Shown here: one piece after another, positions 51,581 to 63,524 of the stretch | How positions within the stretch are numbered: position 1 is the stretch's first letter | How the letters are laid out: every line of letters starts with the position of its first letter | Origin: Octopus bimaculoides | Taxonomy: Eukaryota | NCBI RefSeq assembly: GCF_001194135.2 | Contig: NC_068989.1 | Coordinates: forward strand, 88,446,567 to 88,510,566 | DNA: 64,000 nucleotides | Direction: 5' to 3' | Position numbers and translations under genes: made by a program | The notes under the pieces: generated by a model | Told to the model about the DNA's origin: nothing | The model's database searches: none | The model's input: the letters and a program-made list of their open reading frames with translations, nothing else

Positions 51581-52112
51581 GTGAGTTACTTTGACATCAT
51601 CATTCCATAAAATTTGTTTATGGAGAGAAAAATNNNNNNNNNNNNNNNNNNNNNNNNNNNNNNNNNNNNNNNNNNNNNNNNNNNNNNNNNNNNNNNNNNN
51701 NNNNNNNNNNNNNNNNNNNNNNNNNNNNNNNNNNNNNNNNNNNNNNNNNNNNNNNNNNNNNNNNNNNNNNNNNNNNNNNNNNNNNNNNNNNNNNNNNNNN
51801 NNNNNNNNNNNNNNNNNNNNNNNNNNNNNNNNNNNNNNNNNNNNNNNNNNNNNNNNNNNNNNNNNTCTTTTTTTTCGTGAAAAGATGCCTCCCATCATTC
51901 TGAAGACTTTGGTGAAAAACATTGGAAAAAATCCCTGTCAAAATGGAGAAATTCCAAAATTGTTTTCCAGAAACTCCTCCCCTTCCCCCTTCCAAAACTT
52001 TTGCCTACAAATTTCTTTGTAATCGTAATTTACACCATTTGAAAGGTATTTGTATTTTTCAATATTTTTCTCCCCATAAACAAATTTTAATAATGATGTC
52101 AAAGTAACTCAC
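51581..52112. mobile_element. Putative MITE with ~50-bp terminal inverted repeats (spans a gap)
   Basis: GTGAGTTACTTTGACATCAT..AAAATTTGTTTATGGAGAGAAAA versus TTTTCTCCCCATAAACAAATTTT..ATGATGTCAAAGTAACTCAC. No clear TSD. Confidence 0.55.
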
Positions 52113-53198
52113 CTTTCAGAGTGTTTGGGTGTCAATCTGAGGAGAGTGCAGAGGATTCAGAAAGACTTGGATGAGTCTAATGGTGATTACAAAGGCACAG
52201 CAGCTTGGAAAACTCACTCTGATTGTTCTGATAAGAAAAGAACTCCTGAATTTGTTGGTGAGATCCAAGCCATGATTGACAACAATCCCTCCAAATCAAT
52301 TAGGTCTATCACCAGGGACATGGGTGTGTCTGAGTTTCTTTTCAGGCAGGTAGAGCATGAAAACATTTGGTATTCCTCATACAAGATGAGAAAGGACCAA
52401 TTTTTATCCCAAGCCAATAAGGACAAGAGGAAAGACTGTGCTACGAAGCTTTTGAACAAGCTCAAGCATCCCCTCCAACCAAACATGCTTTGGTTTTTCT
52501 CAGACGAGAAAAATTTCTGCCAGGATCAAATGGTGAACATACAGAACAACAGTTAGCTTGCTGTGTCCCCAAAACATGCACCAAGAAAGATAAAAATCAA
52601 ACAGGTAACATCATGGTGTTTGGAGTGATCACTAGTGATGGTGACATTATGCCTCTATTCATCTTTCCATAAGGCCTCAGCTTCAACACAGAGGCCTACA
52701 TTAAGTGCCTGGAGGAGGTAATGCTGCCCAGGGTCAAGAGGGTGGATGCTGGAAGACCCTGTCTGGCAACAGGACTCTGCACCATGCCACACAAGCAGGA
52801 GGATCCAGTCATGGCTGTCAGACAATTTCTGCAACAAGACCACCCCTAACATCTGGCCACCTAACTCCCCAGATTGCAACCCCCGTGATTATTATGTGTG
52901 GGGTGCAGTTGAGTGAGAGACCAACAAAACTCCTTGTAACACCAAAGATGAACTGAAGGCAAGGATTATGGCAGCATTCACTAACCTAAACAAGGAGACC
53001 ATCCAGAAGAGTTCCAGGAGATTCTGAAGTCATCTGGAAGCTATGGTTGAAGCCAATGGCGATTTTATTGAATAAATTTACTCCTTAGTATTTCAAGATA
53101 TTTTTATGTAATTTTGGTAAATATATCTGTTAAAATGAGATGTCAGTGTTATTTTCATTTTTGTGTAATTGAGATAACAATTTATTCACTTCACCCTG
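52113..53198 (+). mobile_element. Tc1/mariner DD37D (maT-type) transposon, near-full transposase pseudogene (52125-53075)
   Basis: HTH region NPSKSIRSITRDMGVS, WFFSDEK (first Asp), WQQD, WPPNSPDCNPRD; frameshifts; right end CACCCTG|TA; left TIR not found. Confidence 0.92.
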
Positions 53199-53613
53199 TA
53201 TATGTATGTATATATATATGTGTGTGTGTGTGTGTATACTAACGGTTTTTTTAATTACTCAATAGCATCCTGTTCATCATTTACACAGTCATCACATTTG
53301 TTAAAATGACTTATTGTTGAATTTGACTCTCTTTCTTTCCGTGATGAGAAGATTACATTATTTTACACCATTTATTCCTTTGGAATGATACCAATGTTGT
53401 CTTCGAAACATGTCGGAAGTAAAAGAGTTTGAATAACATCTGTGTTTAACTCCACTTATTTATTTATACTATATAAACTACTGCACATTAACCCGGAGTT
53501 TCTGCCTTTGAACAGGTTGCTACATCCTTGTTACTTGCATGAATTTTGCTACCCTGGTAACTGTTTATAGAATTTTCCGTGTTAATTGTAAACAAAAGAA
53601 AATCCACTCATCC

Positions 53614-53663
<50 letters not shown>

Positions 53664-54425
53664 CTATATGTGGAGTAGATGATAAAGGATTGAGAATATT
53701 GGCAATTTGTTGTGCTCAAGAAGAGCCATCCCTCACAGCAAAATTATGTCCTAAAACCCCCTTGGTTGTGCTTGTACATGTGTAGCTCTACTCGTCTATT
53801 CTTCTGCCCTTTCTACTACATCAAGCATTCTCCCCTAACAACCATCATTCTTCTATCTATGGCATTACTTGACTGCTGTAATTATGACAGTAGAATCAGC
53901 ACATATTACACCTTTCCTTTCTTTGCAGTTCTAGTGACCTCCTTCTCTCTGCAATCACTTCCATCTCTCATTCACATTATCATCCCTTTGGACACAGCTT
54001 CCATTGATCACCTTTCTGTGCCTTCAGCAATCACCCTTTTTCCTCTGCCATACTCCAGCTCAACACCTCTCAGATCTGCTATCATTCTCAACACACTCTC
54101 ATATTGGCCATCATACAGGGGACCTTGAGCAACATCTTCTACAAGAGACCCAGACTGACCAAAGCCATGTGAGCGGATTTAGTAGACTAAAATGATGGAA
54201 GCCCATCGAATATATGTGTGTGTGTATGTGTGCAGGTAACCCCAAAATACAACAATGCTGCTGCATTAGCTTTTAAAAGTACTGGAGTTGGTTTGGTTGA
54301 CTAAACCCTTTAAGATGGTGCCTGAGCATAACTGAGACCCAATGATTGAAACAAGTGAAAGATAAGAGATATTTGTAAGTCAGAGTATCTGTGTCTACAT
54401 AAACAACTACTATACATGGTATATA

Positions 54426-54740
54426 AATCATCATCATCATCATCATCATCGTTTAACGTCTGCTTTCCATGCTAGCATGGGTTGGACGATTTGACTGAGG
54501 ACTGGTGAACCACATGGCTACACCAGGCTCCAATCTGATTTGGCAGAGTTTCTACAGCTGGATGCCCTTCCTAACGCCAACCACTCCGAGAGTGTAGTGG
54601 GTGCTTTTACGTGCCACTGGCACGAAGGCCAGTCAGGTGGTACTGGCAATGGCCATGCTCGAAATGGTGTATTTTATGTGCCACCTGCACAGGAGCCAGT
54701 CCATCGGCACTGGCAACGATCTCGCTCGAATGTCTTTACA
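54426..54740 (-). mobile_element. Young RTE-derived 3' end retrocopy
   Basis: Near-identical to 11631-12030. Confidence 0.9.
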
Positions 54741-55090
54741 ATATTCTGCAAAAAACATGTCTGGCCATGGAGCAATATTACTTTGCTTCAAACAAAGTAA
54801 AGTTGGTAATAGGAATGGCATCTTGAAGAATTTCTGCCTCAAAATAGCTGTCCAACCCACCTGATGAGGATGAGGATTATTATCATTTTCATATTTTTCT
54901 CATAGCATCTCTAAATTTAAATATTCTAAACAGGACCCAGTTTAAGATTAAATATTCTAAACCCAGGACCCCCACTGCATCAAGTGCTCCAGATGACTGC
55001 CCATGTTGCAGATACCTTCAACTGGCCCTCTACACAGATAGTTGCACATCAAAACATCTGACCCTAAATTACTTAGAGATAACCTCATGT

Positions 55091-55122
<32 letters not shown>

Positions 55123-55558
55123 ACTCCATGCACACATACACTATGCACATTTTACACACACTAGTATGTATATAAGATGTATTTATCTGTGAATGTTGCT
55201 GTGTAAATATTGTATATACATGTGTGTGTGTGTGTGTAGAAATACACACACACACATACACACATAGTGACACATGCATCTCACCACTAAACAAAACTTA
55301 CACATACTAATCACATACAGTAATGTACGCACACACGTACTTACCCTCTTACAGAGACAAACAACAGTTAAAAAGCCTACACATGCATATCTCATACAGT
55401 GATACACACACACACACATCTTCATATAGTGACATATACGTGCTTCAAATTATTCGAACACACACACACATAATCATTACATTGTCACACACACATTGGT
55501 GAATGAGAGAAGAGATAAGAGCAACACACACACACGCTCACTCAACAACACCGCCAAA

Positions 55559-55568
55559 GTCACGTGAC
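55559..55568. promoter_or_regulatory. Palindromic E-box GTCACGTGAC (CLEAR/MiT-TFE/USF-type)
   Basis: Perfect 10-bp palindrome 15 bp upstream of the ATG at 55583. Confidence 0.65.
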
Positions 55569-55582
55569 AACTAGTTTCAAAA

Positions 55583-55697
55583 ATGGCGTTTCTTTCACGA
55601 TGTTTTTACCGTCGGAAGAGGATCATTGTTATACTGAGCTTCGTGTCCATGTTCTGGGTCATCTACCTCTACTTATCTATTCCTTCACCGACAACAG
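55583..55697 (+). CDS. First coding exon of a type II (signal-anchor) membrane protein, plausibly a Golgi/secretory glyco-enzyme
   Basis: AAAAATGGCG start. Encodes MAFLSRCFYRRKRIIVILSFVSMFWVIYLYLSIPSPTT (basic cluster, ~19-aa hydrophobic helix, S/P/T stem). Donor CAG|GTAAGC at 55698, phase 1. No downstream exon identified in the window. Confidence 0.8.
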
Positions 55698-56082
55698 GTA
55701 AGCAGTGTGTCAAATATTGTACGCTTGTGAGGTGAAATTAAACGGAAAACAACACAAACACACACATATCTATGCAATCATCTTGAAGCCAACCACTTCG
55801 ATTGTATGTATGTATGGAGTGCTCGCTCTTGATATCTATCTGTTGCTTCTGATTTCAGCTTTAATTTCACCTCGTGTACTTTGACATTTTCCTCTCTCTG
55901 TGGCCAATAGCTATGTTCTACTTGGATGTTTCTTCTTTTATCTCTAATACATTTTTCTTTGACGTCTTGTCACAATATCAAAAAGTCACTTTTGTGTCCG
56001 TGTGTGTGTATTATTGGATAGATGGATTCGCCATTCATTCATTCCTGTAGAGGACCGGACTAAATGCTTTTACTTTGTTTAG

Positions 56083-56138
<56 letters not shown>

Positions 56139-57715
56139 AGTTCAAATCGCAGCGGAGTTGACTGTTTCATCCGTCCAGGTTCGATAATATACAGAAATCA
56201 ATTGATAAGGATTCACCTCATTGGATTGTCCTTGTGCTTCCTCAGAAGGAATTGCTCTGCATATTCATACGTGACTGTGTATGTGTATACAAGAAAATTT
56301 GCGTGTGAAACACACACACATGTATGTATTTATGTATGTAAATCATTGCATTGCATTGCACCAATCTGCGGCCGAAAATTTCTTCTTGGTGAAATTCACA
56401 CCTGCTTCCATCTTTTAATCGAATTCCCAAATATTCCACTGCTAACAAGTTGTGAAGTGTCGTAGGCTACACACCTCTGTAGCGTTTGAAGATGTCTGTC
56501 AAGCTATTTATACATCGTCGTATTTAGTCGTGGAGTCGAAAAATCTAGCGTGTATCGAGTGATGCGTGTATATATATATATATATACAAACACACACACA
56601 GACATATATATATATATACACGCGCACACATGTGCCAATAGGCTACTTTTAATGGCAAATTAATATGGCTCTGAAAACCTGAATGAAATCAATACGAGGA
56701 ATTTAGCCCAGTGCGCTATGTTGGTATTTTAGCTACATAAATTGCAAGGTGCCGCCTTCGAAAAATATCTCTAATTCTTCTGAATCACTGTGCTTGACTC
56801 CGATTTCTAATGTGTTAATTGAAAGAAGTACAATTATCTTTCTTGGATAGAATGCCAGTCTGTAGCAGATGACATATCTTTCAAGAATTGGCACATATTC
56901 TCGATATTTCGGCGGCAGCCTGACGCATGTAGTACGAAGGGCAATCCCCCAAATCTCGCGTCCAACCATCAGCTTTCCAATTTGTATTTCTTGTGGTGTT
57001 ATCTTTCCCTTTCTTCGAATGTCCTGCTTTGAAGGAATTCGGTAACGTTTGCTTGGAGTGTGAATTCTAGACGAGTAAATTTATTCACTCAGACATGTTA
57101 CCCCCAACTTGTTTGGTCAGTAGAGATTGTCATTATATTTGAGAGGCTTGATGTTTTTTTTTAGCCACATATCAGAACTAATAAAGCAGATGTATGATAA
57201 ACATACGTTCCAACTTTAACCATCATGTCTGTATTTTCTACATTACCTGATGTGTACTTCATTTTGTTTTTTTTTTTAATTTAAGACGGTAGGATCTGAT
57301 TTAAGTAAAATCACACCTTACCTTCTTAAAGGTTAGATAATGTAGAAAATACATTATCTGTTTGTGCTTGCAAAAACACCAGGTGTTCAGTACAAACCTG
57401 TATTTCGTATGGATAGAATCTGTTATAATTGTGTGTTGGTAAACCGGATTATTTCCACATAACCTAATAACGTGTTTAATAACACGACTATTTGTAAATG
57501 TTTGTAATGCAATATTGTAATGTATGTGTGTGTGTGTGTGTGTTGAAATTATTTTTGAGCTAGTTTAAGAATAATAATGTTAACAATTATTGATGGAACA
57601 ACTTAATGCTAAAAGTATAATAAATGTAAAGCTCGTGTTTACGGGGTGGGGCTTTACATACACACATTCACATACAAATATATATATATTATTAGTTCGT
57701 CCGTCGTTATCGACG

Positions 57716-57911
57716 ATGATCAAGGACATTACATGGGCGATAAAGACGACAAGGCATGGTGTGTCCGTCTATGGCCTGTCAGTCCGTTGCGTGCTTGGAA
57801 GGTTCTGCTGCAGGTTGGGCACTGGTGGCTTGTTGGGGCTGAAGACAAACAGTTGGCTCTGGACTCGAGTAGTTCTCGTTTTCGTTATACTTCTACAAGC
57901 CTGTTCCGTTT
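57716..57911 (+). CDS. Possible alternative first coding exon (longer N-terminus plus hydrophobic anchor)
   Basis: CpG-rich; TTAGTT Inr-like motif upstream. Encodes MIKDITWAIKTTRHG...NSWLWTRVVLVFVILLQACSV. Weak donor T|GTAGGA at 57912, also phase 1. Confidence 0.3.
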
Positions 57912-58564
57912 GTAGGAAGTGGCGCCTCTGAATATTTTTATTATGATCACGAAGGATCGAAACACAGATGGGTACAATACAGGACAAACAAATGAACAAA
58001 ATGTGCGAGTTCTATGATTTTTTTAAAAATTACGATTGTCTTTTTTAAAAATTACGATAGTTTTAATATATATTCATTGACTTTTTTTTTTTTTCCTCTT
58101 TCAATTATACAAGCATACATATGCGTATACACACAAACATCCATACACACATATATACATATATATATATATGTATATACATACATACACACATACACAC
58201 ACACCCACACATACATATACATACATAGTGGCGCCTCTGGACTGTCTTGCGCTATATACGCTATATATCTCGAACCCACAAGAGAGACAAAGACAGGCAG
58301 AAACAAGGAAAATGCCCCTTGTATTTGAATACTATGCAAATATTCTTTTAAAAATCTTTTCATTTAATTTTTCCAAAATTTAATTGTTTTCCATGCTTAC
58401 AGTTGAAAAAATCTCAATGACTGAAACCGGTACTGAAATGTTCTTTATAAAATTATTTTAGCATTTTCTACTTTGACTTTTTTTTCCATATATATATCAA
58501 CTCGTGTATTCCTTTCCAACCTTCTACACACACACACACACACACACACACGTGTATATATGTA

Positions 58565-58958
58565 TGTTGCCGCCTGTCTGGCTCCTATGCCGGTGGCACG
58601 TAAAAAGCACCATTCGAGTGTGGTCGATGTCAGTACTGCCTGACTGGCACAGAAAAAGCACCATTGAAGCATTGTAGCTGTGGCCAGTGCCCCCTGACTG
58701 GCTCCCGTGTCAGTAGCATTTAAAAAGCACCATTTGAGCATGGTCAATGCCAGTGTTGCCTGACTGGCCCCCATGCCAGTGGCACGTAAAAAGCACCCGC
58801 TACGCTCTCGGAGTGGTTGGTGTAAATAAGGGCATCCAGCTGTAGAAACCTTGCCAGATCAGATTGGAGCCTAGTGCAGCCTTCTGGCTTGCCAGTCCTC
58901 AGTCAAACCACCCAACCCATGCCAGCATGGAAAGCAGACGTCAAACGATGATGATGAT
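58565..58958 (+). mobile_element. RTE-derived 3' end retrocopy with four tandem modules
   Basis: CTG(A/T)CTGGC at 58574, 58640, 58694 and 58760; (ATG)n tail. Confidence 0.9.
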
Positions 58959-59176
58959 TGTGTGCGTGTGTGTGTTAGTCCCCATTGCTTGACAACTGGT
59001 GTTGGTTTGTTTACATCCCTGCAACTTAGCAGTTTGGCAAAAGTGTCTGATGGAATATAAGTACTAGACTTAAAATATAACTTTAGGGGTCAATTTGTTC
59101 ATTTAAACCCTTCAAGGATGTATCCCAGTATGGTCGCAGTCTCATGACTGAAACAAGTAAAAAATACAAGATGAAT

Positions 59177-60260
59177 TATCATCATCATCATCATCATCAT
59201 TTAACGTCTGTCTTCCATATGCTGGCATGGGTTGGATGGTTTGACTGAAAACTGGTAAGCTGGTGAGCTGCACCAGTTGCGATCTGATTTGACAAGGTTT
59301 CTACAGCTGGATGCCCTTCCTAACGCCAACTATTCTGAGAGTGTAAGGAGTGTTTTTACGTGCCACCAGCATGGGTGCCATTGACCTGACACTGGCATCA
59401 GCTACAACTACAGTCTCACTTGGTTTGTCAGGTCTACATAAGCACGGTATATCGCTAAAGGTCTCAGTCACCTGTCACTGCCTCAATGAGGTCCAACGTT
59501 TGAACAGTGCTTTTTCCAGGTGCTAGTCAAAAGGCACTGGCATCGGCCATGACTACGATTTCACTTGGCTTAACAGGTCTTCACAAGCACGGCATATCAA
59601 CCTACGATTGAAGGGTGCTTTTAACAGGCCAGTTACATAACACTGGCATCAGCCACAATTATGATCTCACTTGGCTTGATGGGTCCTCTCAAGCACAGCA
59701 TATCTCCAAAGGCCTTGGTCACTTGTCATTGCCTCTGTGAGGCCCAACATTCAATAGTTGTGTTTCACCACCTCATTCCATGTCTTCCTGGGTTTACCTC
59801 TTCCACAAGCTCCCTTCACCATTAGAGTGTGACACTTCTTCACACAGCTGTCCTTGTCCATATGCATCACATGACCATACCAGCACAGTCGTCTCTCTTG
59901 CACACCACATCTGATGCTTCTTATGCCCAGCTTTTCTCTCAGGACGCTTACACTCTGTCATTCACACACACTGACATTACACATCCAGCAAAACATACTA
60001 GCTTCATTTCTTTCAAGTGTATGCATGTCCTCAGCAGTCACAGCCCATGTTTCATTGCCATGTAGCATGGCTGTTCACACACAGGCATCATACAGTCTGC
60101 CTTCCATTCTGAGAAAGAGGCCCTTTATTTCCAGCAGAGATAGGAACTCTCTGAACTTTACCTAGCCTATTCTTATTCTAGTAGCTATGCTCTTGGATCA
60201 TCCACCCCTGCTATTGACTCGGTCACCTAAGTAACAGAAGCTATCGACTACTTCTAGTCA
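59177..60260 (-). mobile_element. RTE LINE 3' fragment: ORF C-terminus (about 60260-59680), 3' UTR and (ATG)n tail
   Basis: VVDSFCYLG, GRLYDACV, MLHGNETWAV, RRLCWYGHVMHM, GRGKPRKTWNEVV, continuous with the GGAAGGGCATCCAGC 3' UTR and tail. Confidence 0.92.
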
Positions 60261-61079
60261 TCCCCCCCTCCAGTTACTTATTCTGTTGGTCTCTTTTTAC
60301 TGAACCGCTAAGTTACAGGGATGTAAACACACCAGTACTGGTTGTCAAGCAGTGGTTGGGGAACAAACCCAGACATGATAAATATATCAAACTGAGTTCC
60401 ACTTAACTTAGCAAATGATTTGATCTGGAACCATATGTTTAAACATAAAGCAATTATGTTGTTAAACAGTCATTTAAGAATACACAAAAGCCATCGTATT
60501 CCTTTATTGTCTATTCATAAAAGTGCAGTCTATTATGAAGTGTCAAAATAGTTTATGGTATGTCTGACACAAATCTACTCTCATTTTTGTTAACTACTCC
60601 TTCTCACTGCTTTACTCTGTCTTCCCAGACATTTATCTCTGTAAAGTGTGGTCCCTTATGAGCGCTTGAAAAATTTTTGTGGCACTTTTGCAACTGTTCT
60701 CTGTTACAATTCCATTTCCTCTGATGAAAATCATTTTACTGGTTGGCTTATTTTTCTTTCCTCTTTCTCCTCTCATTTTCTTAGTTACTTTTACATTTAA
60801 GCATGTCAGGATATCATCATCATCATTTATCATCTGCTTTCCATGCTGGCATGGGTTAGATGGTTTGACTGGAACTGGTAAGTCCCACCAAGTTCCAGTC
60901 TGATTTGGGATGGTTTCTATGACTGGATGCCCTTCCTAATGCCAAATATTCCAAGAGTGTAATGGGTGCTTTTTACATGCCAGTTACATGACACCAGCAT
61001 CAACCACAACTACGATTTCACTTGGTTTGATGAGCATTCTCAAGCACAGCAAATTATCTGTATAATATGTAACCAGGCT

Positions 61080-61122
<43 letters not shown>

Positions 61123-61268
61123 GTTTAACGTCCGCTTTCCATGCTAGCATGGGTTGGACGATTTGACTGAGGACTGGTGAAACCGGATGGCAACACCAGG
61201 CTCCAGTCTGATTTGGCAGAGTTTCTACAGCTGGATGCCCTTCCTAACGCCAACCACTCAGAGAGTAT
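61080..61268 (-). mobile_element. Young RTE-derived 3' end retrocopy (short)
   Basis: Long (CAT)n tail; near-identical to the 3' end of 11631-12030. Confidence 0.9.
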
Positions 61269-61459
61269 ATAATTAATACATGGCTAGTTCTATGAGCAAA
61301 TTCAATAATTGTTTCATTGAAATATATCTACCTAACTCAACTACCTGTGTCACGTTTGTTTTCATTACTTGTCCTTTGCATTCACACGTTATTCTCAGCA
61401 GCTTTTTGCAGTTGATGCCACCAAAATTAACAATATTATCGTTTTAAAGAATACTCTTT

Positions 61460-61810
61460 ACTCTTACTCTTTTACTTGTTTCAGTCATTTGACTGTGGCC
61501 ATGCTGGAGCACCACCTTTACTCGAGCAAATCGACCCCAGGACTTATTCTTTGTAAGCCTAGTACTTATTATATCGGTCTCTTTTGCCAAACCGCTAAGT
61601 TACGGGGACGTTGGGGGGACAAACACAGACACACACACACATACATATATACGACGGGCTTCTTTCAGTTTCTGTCTACCAAATCCACTCACAAGGCTTT
61701 GGTCGGCCCGAGGTTATAGTAGAAGACACTTGCCCAAGGTGCCACGCAGTGGGACTGAACCCAAAACCATGTAGTTGGTAAGCAAGCTACTTACCACACA
61801 GCCACTCCTG
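61460..61810 (-). mobile_element. tRNA-derived SINE, family B, full length
   Basis: Complete family B sequence. Confidence 0.9.
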
Positions 61811-63524
61811 TGAAATTGTGATGATTTTTGAAGACAACTGATGAGGAAAGAGCACATCAATGTCTGGTGTGTAAATTTTTCTGTTTGTTCCTTTGTCATC
61901 CTTCTGTGCAATGTTTGATTATATGCATTTAGTGTCTGTATACCTTGCTGGTATAGAGTGAATGGTTTGACAGGATCTAACAGGTCAAAGGGCTATGTCA
62001 AGCCCTTATATCTGCTTTGGGCTGGATAACCTTCCTTAATCCCAGTCGCATTACAGAGTGTTCTGGGTGCTCTTTCATACCAGTGGCACTAGTGAGGTCA
62101 TCAATTAGCTTAATCTCTTGATAAAGTGATGGATGCAGTATTGAGGGACGTGGTTTATGGTAAGTGTTGAGAGGCAAGAGCATGACTGAGGGACAGGAAC
62201 AGGTGTCTCGCTGTTAAATAGATACATGGCTACCCCAGTTGGAAAAGGAGAGAAGAAGATGCTGGTGATGAGGTGTCAGGGTGTATCCTCAAGGTACAAG
62301 TGAGTGAATATATAAATATATACACTAGTCAGTATTTTACCATTGGTTTCATGTGAATGTATTCACAGTTATTGAATCATAGTTTGAATAATGGTGATAG
62401 TTCTACCATTTTTAGGCATCAGTACAATACAAGATGACATGAGATCGCAATTGATAGAAAACAAAGGAACTGGACAAAGTAAGTGAAGGGAAGGCAATCG
62501 TAGCGGAACTGTGATATTGATTTCTTCTTTTGTAATATTAAAAGGATGTTCAGGGAACACTCTTGTGTTGACAGGTAGGGTTTAGACCTCATAATCAATA
62601 ACTAATAACCCAAATGATACATAATTATACAATCAGTATATTACTGGAGTGCTTTGTAGTGAAATAGATACTGGTAGAATTCTATGTATCATAAAAACCT
62701 ATGTAATTTGCGCACCCGTGTAATTTACGCAGGTGATTTTCAGGATAAAATTTGTTTTAAAAAAGCTTCTACTTGTGTAAAATTCACACCCATAAGTTTT
62801 CAGAATTGCTAATATAGCCAGGGGAAAAAGGTTTTCAATTTAGTTGTATTTAGCATAATTCTACTTACTTATGATTAGATTTTATTAAATCAATAAATAA
62901 TAATAATTTCTGTTTAACAGGTATCACATTGAAAGCTATTAAATTACAAATTGTTTGTGTTGTTTGTAATAAACTTAATTTTACATTTCTTGCCCACAAG
63001 AGATTATGTCTGATCTTTAGCATACTGCTGTATGTCTTCTCACAAAAACAAAGCTGATAAAATATGCACAGGTGTTGCAAATTCAGTTTAATTATCAATA
63101 AACATCAGCTTCAATGACACTTCACTCAACTGACAGAGGAAGGTGACCAATCAAGCTGTAAACAGAATTCTTTTCTGCCTATTCTTGTTGGAACCTTTGA
63201 TACGGAGTATCGAAATTTTAATCCCTTTCACACTTATAAAATATCAAGCAGTCAGTATGGGCAGAACTTATGAATTGTTTACTGTGAAGGAGAAATTAAA
63301 TATGTACTCCATTGTGATAGACAGAAACTCCAAGCAATGTAAAATATGGCCCAGACCGTGTTTACTAGCATGAACGTCAGACTTCAAAAACTAGTTAACC
63401 AATTAGTGGTTTTAGTAAATTTATACAGAAAAGGAAGCATTATACCGTCCAGCTTAAATAAAAGTCAACTTCATTATGCATATTTAAGCCATTATTTTTT
63501 CTGTAAAAACCTATTCTGACATTA

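Noticed and set aside
53780-54120. Pyrimidine-rich stretches resembling old LINEs (also 15620-16130, 16280-16740, 26330-26700, 50880-51200)
   Set aside because: No motif could be read reliably; left unannotated pending a repeat-library search.
58565-58810. CRISPR-like repeat array (also considered for 5451-5880)
   Set aside because: Units are contiguous tandem repeats without unique spacers, in eukaryotic TE context, with no cas genes.
61380-61450. Possible second exon of the 55583 gene (TTTTGCAG|TTGATGCC...)
   Set aside because: An acceptor-like site, but no donor before it runs into a SINE tail, and the peptide is uninformative.
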